Positions 10,977 to 22,475 of a stretch of 31,158 nucleotides of DNA are shown piece after piece. Each line of letters opens with the position of its first letter. Positions within the stretch are counted from its first letter, which is position 1. The stretch spans positions 1 through 31,158 of the forward strand of contig NIVC01000820.1 of assembly GCA_002269645.1 (NCBI GenBank), written 5' to 3'. The DNA is from Macrostomum lignano. Taxonomy: Eukaryota. Under the pieces are notes generated by a model. That model saw nothing but the letters and a program-made list of their open reading frames with translations, had not been told where the DNA came from and did not search any database. A program made the translations under genes and the position numbers.

Positions 10977-11494
10977 GAAGATTTTCCCGAATGGTACCTT
11001 TCAATCTAACCTAATAATAGTGTAATATATCGAATACTGCTAACAGGACGAAAAGTATTGCAGGGTCAAAAACTACAGTTTATATGTAGAAGATATCGTC
11101 AGCAGGCTCAACTCCACTATTTTTGCTTTTCTTAGAAAACTAGATTTGTAATATTACGTTTTTCACAGTCGTTCATATATGCTTTTCGCGAAGATCAATC
11201 CCGGAATAAGACATAAAAGCTCAGAACAATAACCGACATTAAGCATCAAATAACCAGCATGTTTTACCACTGAAATCGACTATTAATATAGTCATCTATA
11301 AAGTTAGAAATTAGAAGATATCATTTATATTTTCTACCTTTGCAGCCAGATGAGTACAGAAACAATAAAATAATATCAAGAAAGAATATATTGCGTTTGC
11401 AACTTCAGTAATCTATTACTGAATAGATGAACTGAGTATCAGGCCTGAGTCAAGAACCAATGAAGTCACTTCGTTAAACTTCTTAATTAGTCCT

Positions 11495-12400
11495 TGGCCT
11501 GAGTATCAAAAGCAGCATTTCCTAGCCAACGATGTGGAAGATGACACCAAGAAGCTAACGAGCGCTACTGCTCAGTGTATGTGACAGTGAGACATTCAAA
11601 GGCAGCCAGGAACCTGTGCTCACCAGAGAAGCTCACAGACAAGTCCTACACAGATCTGCGACTCCTAGAGAAACATTGCAACCCAAAGCCGCCAGAATTA
11701 GTGCATGCTTCATATGTTCAACAACCGCGTTTGTCAATCGGATGAGACCATGTCTGCGTACATAGCGGAGCTTAGGAAAGCTGTCCGAGCACTGCAACTT
11801 CAGCACCGTGCTGTACGACATGCTGCATGATCGTCTTGTCTGTGCTATAAACAACCAGCAGATTCTCAGCTCCAGCGCTCTAACCAGGCATCTCTGACGC
11901 TGAAGTCCGCCACAGCTAGATATTGCATTCACTAGCGAGTCAGGCACTCGCCAGGAGCAGCATTTGGTGGCCCAGTATGGACAAGGAGATCGAGAGGTCG
12001 GCTGCCCGCTGCATGGGGTGCCAGCAACAACGTCCGGATCCGCCTGCGGCACCGCTTTTGCCGTGGCCAGCGCCAGCCGCGCCCGGCCAAACCGATGAGC
12101 TTCTAAGGCGATCCATATGAGAATCCGCGCCGAAGGCGCCTGACCGGCTGGGATATGATTGGCTTATGCGGGGAGGGGTGTGGCAAAGTGCCACTGAGCT
12201 AGTCTGGGGCTGCTTGGGCGTGAGGAGTTGCGAGGGCACGTTGGTTATTTGTTGCTTGAGTACATGCGCGGCATTGATTGTTCCTCCTCGCAGGGACCCT
12301 GCATGGCGCACCGCCGAAATGCCGGTTGCCTTTCCGATACCGTCTTGCGATACAGGCCCGTAGGTTTGGATGACCGAACTCTGGATCAAGCAAAACTGAA
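11495..12400 (+). mobile_element. Degenerate, internally deleted Ty3/Gypsy LTR retrotransposon (gag, integrase fragments, PPT, start of 3' LTR)
   Basis: Frameshifted gag (QHFLANDV..ALLLSVC..RNLCSPEK..LEKHCNPKP..AYIAELRKLSEHCNF..DMLHDRLVC), integrase Zn-binding part (ALARSSIWWPSMDKEIE..C..CQ..P..APL.PW), integrase tail (LRRS..PDRLGY). GGGGAGGGG at 12170-12178 followed by TGT. The right end is uncertain. Confidence 0.8.
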
Positions 12401-12819
12401 AATCCACTCCTGCTTAGTAAGAAAACCGTTTAATACCGTTGATAGAAAGAGATCACGTGATACTCGTACTTTAACGCGCGTTGCGAAAATATCAAGATAA
12501 ATTTATAGGCCTCCTACCTTAGAATTGTAAAAATGAAGTATGCAGAAATGCGGAAATTTTCTCTCGTGGGCGAGCTACGTATGCAAATGACATGCTTTCC
12601 ATTCTGAGTCAAAGGCAATGGAGAGCCACCCGGATTATTTGCAATTTTTGTCACCCTCATTTTTCTTTCTTTTTTTCAAAAAATATCTCGACTGATGGCT
12701 CCTCGCTGCTTGACGCATGTAATTATTGACGCCTGTTATTTGATGAGCGCTCGCAAGATGTGCTGCACTAGAGCTGCTCGATGCCACCCATTTGTAGCTT
12801 GAGGAGCTGGCATCCCAAC

Positions 12820-13960
12820 ATCAATAGGGAGAATTCCTATCGGTTATACAGCTGGCATCCCAATTATTGATAGGGAGAATTCCCGATTATTGATAGGATG
12901 AAGTCCCAATCATCGATAGGGAGAATTCCCGATTATTGATAGGGAGAATTCCCAATTATTGATAGGGAGAATTCCCGATTATTGATAGGGAGAATTCCCA
13001 ATTATTGATAGGGAGAATTCCCAATTATTGATAGGGAGAATACCCAATTATTGATAGGGAGAATTCCCAATTATTGATAGGGAGAATTCCCAATTATTGA
13101 TAGGGAGAATTCCCAATTATTGATAGGGAGAATTCCCATCGGTTATACAGCTGACATCCCAATTATTGATAGGGAGAATTCCTATCGGTTATACAGCTGA
13201 CATCCCGATTATTGATAGGGAGAATTCCCAAATATTGATAGGGAGAATTCCCAAATATTGATAGGGAGAATTCCCAATTATTGATAGGGAGAATTCCTAT
13301 CGGTTATACAGCTGACATCCCAATTATTGATAGGGAGAATTCCCGATTATTGATAGGGAGAATTCCTATCGGTTATACAGCTGACATCCCAATTATTGAT
13401 AGGGAGAATTCCCGATTATTGATAGGAAGAAGTCCCAATAATCGATAGGGAGAATTCCCGATTATTGATAGGGAGAATTCCCAAATATTCATAGGGAGAA
13501 TTCCCAATTATCGATAGGGAGAATTCCCGATTATTGATAGGAAGAAGTCCCAATCATCGATAGGGAGAATTCCCGATTATTGATAGGGAGAATTCCCAAA
13601 TATTCATAGGGAGAATTCCCAATTATCGATAGGGAGAATTCCCGATTATTGATAGGAAGAAGTCCCAATCATCGATAGGGAGAATTCCCGATTATTGATA
13701 GGGAGAATTCCCAAATATTCATAGGGAGAATTCCCAATTATCGATAGGGAGAATTCCCGATTATTGATAGGAAGAAGTCCCAATCATCGATAGGGAGAAT
13801 TCCCGATTATTGATAGGGAGAATTCCCAAATATTCATAGGGAGAATTCCCAATTATCGATAGGGAGAATTCCCAATTATTGATAGGGAGAATTTCCGAAT
13901 ATTGATTAGGAGAATTCTCAATTATCGATGGGGAGAAATTTTAATTATTGATGGGGAGAA
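12820..13960. repeat. 23-bp minisatellite (ATTATTGATAGGGAGAATTCCCR)n upstream of the GPCR
   Basis: About 45 units, with a 115-bp higher-order period in the right half. Confidence 0.95.
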
Positions 13961-14239
13961 TTCCCATGGGTTACAGCGGGCATTTCTATATCTATGGGAA
14001 ATTTCCAAGGTTGAAATCCTCATACTCGCTGGAAATTCCCCATCGGATGCCTCTGAAATTTCAAATCCCCACTGCCATGGCCATTGGAAATCCCCAGAGC
14101 TCTGCGTACCCCCTCCCCCAAGCAGCCAGTCACGGGCTGGGGTCTCCCATTGGCAGGGCGAGTCCATATCAGCTAGCATCCCAGATGCAGCAGCGCGCAG
14201 TCCCCAACCCAGCATCCCGAGCTGCCAACCTACTTCCCA

Positions 14240-14574
14240 ATGTCAGGCAGGTCAATGATGGAGATGCGGCCGGAGTTGCTGGCCAAGGAGCAGCTGAACC
14301 TGACCTGCAGCTCCCCGGTGTCTGCGATCCGCGCGGCCCTCAGCAACCGGTCCGAGTGCCAGGTGAGCGGCACCGAGCTCAGGCTTGAGCTGCTGCTCAC
14401 CTTCTACCTGCCCATGCTGCTGTGCGTCTCCGGCTTCCTGCTCAATGTGCTAAACTTTTGCATCTTCCGCAGGCAGCAGTTCGAGGGCCCGGCGTACACC
14501 TACATGGCCGCCATCTCCCTGGTGGATGCCCTGTTCCTGCTGTTCTACACCTCCTATGTGCTCACCGCGCTCAG
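14240..14574 (+). CDS. Class A (rhodopsin-like) GPCR exon 1, N-terminus to TM2; FMRFamide/peptide-receptor-like
   Basis: N-glycosylation sequons NLT and NRS, TM1 ...GFLLNVLNFCIF, TM2 YTYMAAISLVDALF. AG|GTAGGG donor, phase 2. The exact start ATG is uncertain. Confidence 0.8.
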
Positions 14575-14902
14575 GTAGGGGGGGGGGTTCTGCTGTTCTA
14601 CACCTCCTATGTGCTCACCGCAATCAGGTAGGGGGGGGGGGGGTTCTGCTGTTCTGCACCTCCTATGCGCGCTCAGGTAGGGGGGGGGGTTCCTGCTGTT
14701 ATGCACCTCCTGTGTGCTCACCGCAATCAGGTAGGGGGGGGGGGTTCTGCTGTTCTGCACCTCCTATGTGCTCACCGCAATCACGTAGGGGGGGGGGGGT
14801 TCCTGCTGTTATGCACCTCCTGTGTGCTCACCGCAATCAGGTAGGGGGGGGGGGGTTCCTGCTGTTATGCACCTCCTGTGTGCTCACCGCAATCAGGTAG
14901 GG
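14538..14902 (+). repeat. ~53-bp tandem repeat containing the GPCR exon 1 end, donor site and G-run
   Basis: Seven copies of CTGCTGTT(C/A)T(A/G)CACCTCCT(A/G)TG..CAG|GTAGGG(G)n. Confidence 0.93.
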
Positions 14903-16044
14903 AGTCAGCTGGAGTCCTGACCGCCTTCACACGTAGCCAAGCTAACGCGCAGGGAGTTCTCAAGAAGCCGCTGTTGATCATAAACACCAGCTAATCTCTT
15001 TAAAGTACAAAAACAGCTGGTAATCCACTAATGCGTAAAACAAGAAAGAAAAGTGATTTAAAACCAGAGCCTGACAGACTGCACGAAACATCTTTGACAG
15101 CTCGAAATATTGAGCATTGTTGGACGAAGCCGTGTTTTAGCGCGGGCCTTTGGGACAGCCTCCGACGGTGCAGACTCTGATTTCCTGGGAGACCCGGCCA
15201 GGCTGTTCGTGCAGGGCAGCAGTCTCCTCTCATCTGGGGGGGGGGGGGTTGATTAGCTCCGACTGCCGCCACCTGCCCTCCCGCCTCTGCTCCCGCCCAG
15301 CCAGGTGCAGGGGATTGGCAATTTTGTTAATTGAAATTCGGGAGGAATATGAGAGGCCGGCCTGGCCCCCTGCAGCCTCCGTCCAAGAGCCCCACCCATT
15401 ATTAAAGCGACTCTAATGGCTACGGATTGGCCTCATCAAGATGCTGGCACGGCTCCCCTAGAGAAGCTTCACCTCTTTGCAGCGATGATTGACAGGTCAT
15501 TCGAGGTAAAATGGACTCGAATTGGTAGTCTAATTTCGGGGATAAAAGTGCAGCCGAAATTCAATATCCTCGAATGCGCAGCCGCTCAAGTCCCGGGAAC
15601 CTCGGCCGGCACCGCGGCTGCCACAGAAAAACCAGGCAGGCTTGCTGCTCCCGGTATCCAACAGCAACAAGCCGCTTCATCCCCATTCCTCAGACTCAGA
15701 GACTCCGCCGCATCCAGGGCGCTGGTAGAGCAGGAAAGGCAACCTGGGGGCGGAGTGGGAGAGGGAAAATGCGAATCTCTGCGATAACCGGCAACAGGCA
15801 AAATCCTGGCCTCAATCCACCCAGAGGCCTGTTGCTCCGCCGTGTCACGCAAGCATGCGAAGCGACGATACGGAATTACAGGAGTCTAATTTCATTAACC
15901 TCGCTCCGCACTCCGCTTTCATCCGTTTTAAACCTGGCCTTTGAATCATTTTGAACAATATGTTGGAGGGTTAAAAGAATGAGAGGAATTCTCCAGCTAC
16001 ATGTATTTAATACAGTTAACGAAAAGGCTTAAATCAACCACACT

Positions 16045-17110
16045 CACGCACAGCACACAGCCAACACCCCAGCCAACCCCACTCTGAGCTCACCCACAGC
16101 ACACAGCCAGCACCCCAGCCAACCCCACTCTGAGCTCACCCACAGCACACAGCCAGCACCCCAGCCAACCCCACTCCTCACCCACAGCACACAGCCAGCA
16201 CCCCAGCCAACCCCACTCCTCACCCACAGCACACAGCCAGCACCCCAGCCAACCCCACTCCTCACCCACAGCACACAACCAGCACCCCAGCCAACCCCAC
16301 TCCTCACTCACAGCACACAGCCAGCACCCCAGCCAACCCCACTCCTCACCCACAGCACAAACAGCCAGCACCCCAGCCAACCCCACTCCTCACCCACAGC
16401 ACACAGCCAGCACCCCAGCCAACCCCACTCCTCACCCACAGCACAAACAGCCAGCACCCCAGCCAACCCCACTCCTCACCCACAGCACACAGCCAGCACC
16501 CCAGCCAACCCCACTCCTCACCCACAGCACACAGCCAGCACCCCAGCCAACCCCACTCCTCACCCACAGCACACAACCAGCACCCCAGCCAACCCCACTC
16601 CTCACCCACAGCACACAGCCAGCACCCCAGCCAACCCCACTCCTCACCCACAGCACAAACAGCCAGCACCCCAGCCAACCCCACTCCTCACCCACAGCAC
16701 AAACAGCCAGCACCCCAGCCAACCCCACTCCTCACACACAGCACAAACAGCCAGCACGCCAGCCAACCCCACTCCACACCCACAGCACACAGCCAGCACC
16801 CCAGCCAACCCCACTCCTCACCCACAGCACACAGCCAGCACCCCAGCCAACCCCTCTCCTCACCCACAGCACACAGCCAGCACCCCAGCCAACCCCACTC
16901 CTCACCCACAGCACACAGCCAGCACCCCAGCCAACCCCACTCCTCACCCACAGCACACAGCCAGCACCCCAGCCAACCCCACTCCTCACCCACAGCACAC
17001 AGCCAGCACCCCAGCCAACCCCACTCCTCACCCACAGCACACAGCCAGCACCCCAGCCAACCCCACTCCTCACCCACAGCACACACAGCCAGCATCTCAG
17101 CCAACCCCAC
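16045..17110. repeat. 42-44-bp C/A-rich minisatellite in GPCR intron
   Basis: (CACCCACAGCACACAGCCAGCACCCCAGCCAACCCCACTCCT)n, about 25 units running up to the acceptor. Confidence 0.95.
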
Positions 17111-17127
17111 TCCCTCGCCACCCCCAG

Positions 17128-18445
17128 GTGCCAGGACCACAGCGCCAGGTTCCCCTGCAACGCGAAGGCTTTCCACCTGCTCCGGTCGGCCCTCGCCTTC
17201 GCCAGCGTCTACGTGACGACCACGGTGAACTTCACGCTGCAGACCGTGTGCGCCTGGCTGACGGTCCTCCTCGGCATCGAGCGCTACATGGCCATGAAGT
17301 ATTTCCACTTCAGGCGCACCCGCTGCCACCGCACCGACACCAAGCTGACCATCGTGTGCGTCTGCACCCTCAGCTTCCTGTTCAACCTGCCCAACTCCTT
17401 TAACTCCGCCATCACCTTCAACTCGCGAGCGTCTCCCGCCACCAACGCCACCGTCCGGTTCATGACCATCGAGCAGACTCGGTTCGGCAGCTCCTCGGAC
17501 TACCGCGCCTACGCCTTCATCAAGCTGGCCTGCTCATCCGTGCTGCCCTTCGTCCTGCTGGCGGTGAACAACACCCTGCTGCTCTACCTGGTGCTGCGCC
17601 ACCAGCGGGCCAGCTGCGCCAGCCAGCTTCGCCAGCGCCAGGACCCGCCGGCCATGCGGACCTCCAAAGTGCTGCAGGCTTCGCTCAGCCGCATCCGGGC
17701 GCAGAAAAACCTCACCATCCTCCTCATCGTGGTCATCTTCGTGTTCCTGGCCGGCCAGCTGCCGCGCTCGCTGCTGCTGAAGGACGTCTTTGCGTTCATC
17801 TACCCGCACTGTCCATGCGGCACCAGCCTCCTGTGGATCTGCTGCCCGCTCTACCGCCGCCTCCACCCGCTCAGCGAGGTCGTCTACCTGCTCTGCCTCA
17901 ACCTGAACTTCTTCATCTACCTCAGCCTCAATCAGCACTTCCGGGCGCACATCCGGCTGCCCAGGCTCTGCTGCGGCTCGGCGGGCCCGGAGCGCGGCGG
18001 CCGCGGCTGCCGTCTGCGCCGCTGCGGCGGCACCGACGCTGAAGGCAGCGCCAATGCCCGTCGGAGAGCCGGCAGCCGGGTGGACCGGTTCTCCGCCGCC
18101 GGGGCCACCACCTGCGACTGCAGCCCGGCGCAGTCCTGCCACTGGATCGGCGCCCTTCGTGTCGCCGAGGGCAGCTGCGCGCCACTGCCTCCGAGGCGCC
18201 ACTCGTGCGCAGCGCTCGGCTTCTTCGACGACTTCGACTTGGAGGAGAACAGCAACGCGGAGGCCGAGCTGGAGGCCGTGGCAATCGTGCAGCACCATCA
18301 GTGTCGAAGGTCCCGGTCGTCGGCCGGCAGCTCGAGGAGTCTCAGCCGACTCGACGGCGCTGGCAGCGGGAGCGGCGGCGGCGGTGCAGCCTGGGAGATG
18401 GACGGCCTGCTGGGCTGCCGGCCTGTCATGGTGAGCCAGCTGTGA
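17128..18445 (+). CDS. Class A GPCR exon 2, TM3-TM7 and C-tail
   Basis: cccccag acceptor, phase 2 joins in frame. IERYMA (E/DRY), TM5 LPFVLL, TM6 IFVFLAGQLP, TM7 NLNFFIY. The NFFIY and QLP variants are typical of invertebrate FMRFamide/Srw-like receptors. AATAAA at 18662. Confidence 0.88.
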
Positions 18446-18648
18446 GCAGCTCCTCACCGGCCTGTCATGGTGAGCCAGCTGTGAGCAGCTCCTCACCGGC
18501 CTGTCAAGGTGAGCCAGCTGTGAGCAGCTTCTCACCGGCCTGTCATGGTGAGCCAGCTGTGAGCAGCTTCTCACTGGCCTGTCATGGTGAGCCAGCTGTG
18601 AGCAGCTTCTCACCGGCCTGTCATGGTGAGCCAGCTGTGAGCAGCTGT
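18418..18648 (+). repeat. 39-bp tandem repeat spanning the GPCR stop codon
   Basis: Six copies of CCGGCCTGTCATGGTGAGCCAGCTGTGAGCAGCT(C/T)CTCA. Confidence 0.93.
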
Positions 18649-18661
18649 CTCATCGAACGAA

Positions 18662-18667
18662 AATAAA
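18662..18667 (+). promoter_or_regulatory. Polyadenylation signal of the GPCR gene
   Basis: First AATAAA after the stop codon and the 39-bp array. Confidence 0.55.
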
Positions 18668-18889
18668 AAAAATGTTTTATCGAGTCGCTGTCAGGTTCGT
18701 GTCGACCTTTAAAACATGTTTAAAACTAATCTTTGGTACTCTTCATTTTTGTAGTCAGACAATTTCAATTGTAACTCATTTTAAAACTCTTGGAATTCAC
18801 GAGCCTGTTTTTTATGTGAATTTCTCACTGTCAGATGAATACTTTATGACAAAGTTTCGAATTTAATTTCCATAAACTGGAAATCGCCA

Positions 18890-19315
18890 TTGTCCCCTGC
18901 GACCTGTGGTCATTGTCCCGTGTGATCTGAGGTCATTGTCCCCTGTGATCTGCGGTCATTGTCCCCTGTGATCTGCAGTCATTGTCCCCTGTGATCTGCG
19001 GTCATTGTCCCCTGTGATCAGTTGTCATTGTCCCCTGTGATCAGTTGTCATTGTCCCGTGTGATCTGAGGTCATTGTCCCCTGTGATCTGCGGTCATTGT
19101 CCCCTGTGATCTGCAGTCATTGTCCCCTGTGATCTGAAGTCATTGTCCCCTGTTATCTGCGGTCATTGTCCCCTGTGATCAGTTGTCATTGTCCCCTGTG
19201 ATCTGCGGTCATTGTCCCCTGTGATCTGCGGTCATTGTCCCCTGTGATCTGTGGTCATTGTCCCCTGTGATCTGAAGTCATTGTCCCCTGTTATCTGCGG
19301 TCATTGTCCCCTCAC
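18890..19315. repeat. 23-bp minisatellite (GTCATTGTCCCCTGTGATCTGCG)n
   Basis: About 18 units. Confidence 0.93.
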
Positions 19316-20062
19316 CCATGGTTACCCGAGTATCTGATATTTGGTCTGAATCAGCTGACATTCTTCGCAATGTTTTTGGAGTAGAACAAATTTTAACACA
19401 ATTTTAATGTTGTGAGCTGTTTAACTTTTTATTATTGATGTTCGTGCTTTGTGTTTGTCTGCTCTGAATACAAATATACGGCCTGATATACGCAGTCGTA
19501 CGCTTTGATTGACAGTTGTGACTCATCATTATTTTGTGTCCAGCGTTTATACCAAAACCTAAATATTCAGTCATTTTTTTACTTTCACTGATTCTGGTTA
19601 GAGCTGCCCTCTGTTGGGATTCAGATAAGGCTTAGGTTTAGGTTGGGCGGTTTAAGGCAGTACAATGTCCTGGATCCTTGCAGTTTGCCGCGTTGCCGGG
19701 ACCAAGGCTGCTTACATTGTCTGTGGCGGAACCCAGTTTCGTTCTTAGATAATTTGTAATTCCTCCGAGTCAACCTCTCAAGATGACAAGGCAATAAAGT
19801 CTCCATCCTGAATTTGCTATTTTCATCCCGGCCAGTTTGCAATCCGGTTTGTTCGAACTGCGGCGCCCTTCGCATGGATATCGGATGTCAGCCAGCTGAG
19901 CTGGGCAGCCGCTCTGTCACTTCCTTGACAGCTCGGGTGGAGCCGAGGCTGACGGCTCCGGGGCCGTCACGCAACTCTGGGAGATGGGAACAGCTGAGCT
20001 CTTGCCGAGAGGACTGAGGATCAGCTGATCAGAAGCTGCCTCAACCTGCTGAGCTCAGATTG

Positions 20063-20095
<33 letters not shown>

Positions 20096-20104
20096 GGCAA
20101 ACAG

Positions 20105-20155
<51 letters not shown>

Positions 20156-20181
20156 CACAGACAGACAGACAGGCAGACAGG

Positions 20182-20231
<50 letters not shown>

Positions 20232-20234
20232 GGC

Positions 20235-20267
<33 letters not shown>

Positions 20268-20286
20268 GGCAGACAGGCAGGCAGGC

Positions 20287-20327
<41 letters not shown>

Positions 20328-20342
20328 GGCAGACAGGCAGGC

Positions 20343-20375
<33 letters not shown>

Positions 20376-20394
20376 GGCAGACAGGCAGGCAGGC

Positions 20395-20431
<37 letters not shown>

Positions 20432-20450
20432 GGCAGACAGGCAGGCAGGC

Positions 20451-20483
<33 letters not shown>

Positions 20484-20506
20484 GGCAGACAGGCAGGCAG
20501 GCAGGC

Positions 20507-20547
<41 letters not shown>

Positions 20548-20578
20548 CACAGACAGACAGACAGGCAGACAGGCAGGC

Positions 20579-20611
<33 letters not shown>

Positions 20612-20652
20612 GGCAGACAGGCAGGCAGGCAGGCAGGCAGGCAGACAGACAG
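20063..20652 (+). repeat. (GACA/GGCA)n microsatellite
   Basis: About 590 bp tetranucleotide run. Confidence 0.97.
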
Positions 20653-21031
20653 ATTCCAAAAAACGTGCGAGAATCGCAGATTGAGAAAAAGTTGAAAAGT
20701 TTCAGAGCTGCTGATGCCAAAGAAGGATTCGCACGGCAGCCCTGCAGCGGTCGCGGCCCCATTAACTGGCCTTGCGGGGATTCCCAGACCCGAAGGAGTT
20801 TCCGGGGCTTCCCGCAGCCGGACTGTCCCGCGTTCTGAGTTTTCACGCCCGACTGCGCCACTCAGCCAGAGCGAAATAATCAAATTCGATTTCAGTACTC
20901 AAGTCTGAGACATTTTTAAGCTCTTGAATTTCCTGAGCAAGCGACAATAATTCTCGCTCGAATCCAGAGAATCGAATCCGAAACCTCAGTGTCTGGACGT
21001 TCAGGAATTTAACTCTCCGTAGCTGAGCAGC

Positions 21032-21549
<518 letters not shown>

Positions 21550-22475
21550 TGAAAAGGTCTCGAGTTCGATTCTCGAAAAGGGCACCCCAAGGCGCAGCAG
21601 AGAGTCCATGTACACCCTGTGTGAGCGTGGGAATGCATGCAGAGGCATGTCTGCAAGACTAGCAGTCCAGATCATGCTAGCTGATAAAAATTTGCTGAAA
21701 AACAAGAAAGCATCCGCTGCGCCCTTGCACTCTTGTTTGAGCAGCTCTGCGATTTTCTCTGCGAAGAGCAAATTGTGAAACATGATAATAATTAATTGGC
21801 ACACGCCGTCAGCCATCAAGGTTCTCTTTGGCGCCTCTCCGCGTGCCTCACCCGCCCTGTAATTTCAGTCGGCAGGGGCGGGCGGCTCCTGCTGTCTCCT
21901 CTGTCTGCTTCTAGAAGAGACAAGCAATCGCCCAGGCTGCGGGTGCTCCCCGTAGGGCTGCTCAACATTCCACTCCGGCAGAAATTTGCTCCCTTCTGAA
22001 TTTGCATTCACCCAGGCGCAGCAACAGGCCGCACTCGTTAACGAATTCTGTAATTCGGGTCTCCAGGGCCGCTGCTCTCAATCCCCAGTCTCTGGGGCGT
22101 GATCGTTTTCTTCCGCTGCCGTGTTTCTGCGTCACGCAGTTTATTTTAAAACGGGTTTTTCCGCAGCATTTTGGCTGCCTGACTGAGCTCGGCAGCTCCC
22201 CAGAGACTGCGGGTTTTGCCACATCATCATTCTCAGCTCTGATTGATGAAGATTGGCCAGAATCTTAATGGTTTGTTTATCCGCCCCGCGTGTATGCGAG
22301 GAGTTATTCGGGTCGGAATAATTATCAGCATAACAATATAGAGCAAGCTTTGACATATTTTATTTCAAACTACAATAGCGTCATTAGCAACAGTTTCAAT
22401 TTCCGGATTTATGATTAACAAGAGGAGCCGCTAAAGCTGTGGTTTCCCCGGGGATTTCTGCTGCGGCTTCTGAGT

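Noticed and set aside
15000-16040. GC-rich unique segment and ORFs (e.g. 15416-15787) inside the GPCR intron as a nested gene or extra exon
   Set aside because: No recognisable domain and weak codon bias. The two GPCR exons already join in frame with complete topology.
18443-18648. In-frame TGA series as selenocysteine or programmed readthrough
   Set aside because: The stop context is TGA-G, not the leaky TGA-C. No SECIS-like hairpin is evident, and the periodic TGA is explained by tandem duplication.
17284-18666. Overlapping ORFs including 17534-18613 (-) 359 aa
   Set aside because: Antisense and alternate-frame shadows of a GC3-rich coding exon plus the 39-bp repeat.
19630-19648. TTAGG-TTTAGG telomere-like motif
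   Set aside because: Only two imperfect units, consistent with chance.
20776-20813. Two NF-kB-like decamers (GGGGATTCCC, GGGGCTTCCC) in the spacer between the inverted microsatellites
   Set aside because: Several matches to this degenerate consensus are expected by chance in 31 kb of GC-rich DNA, and there is no independent support.
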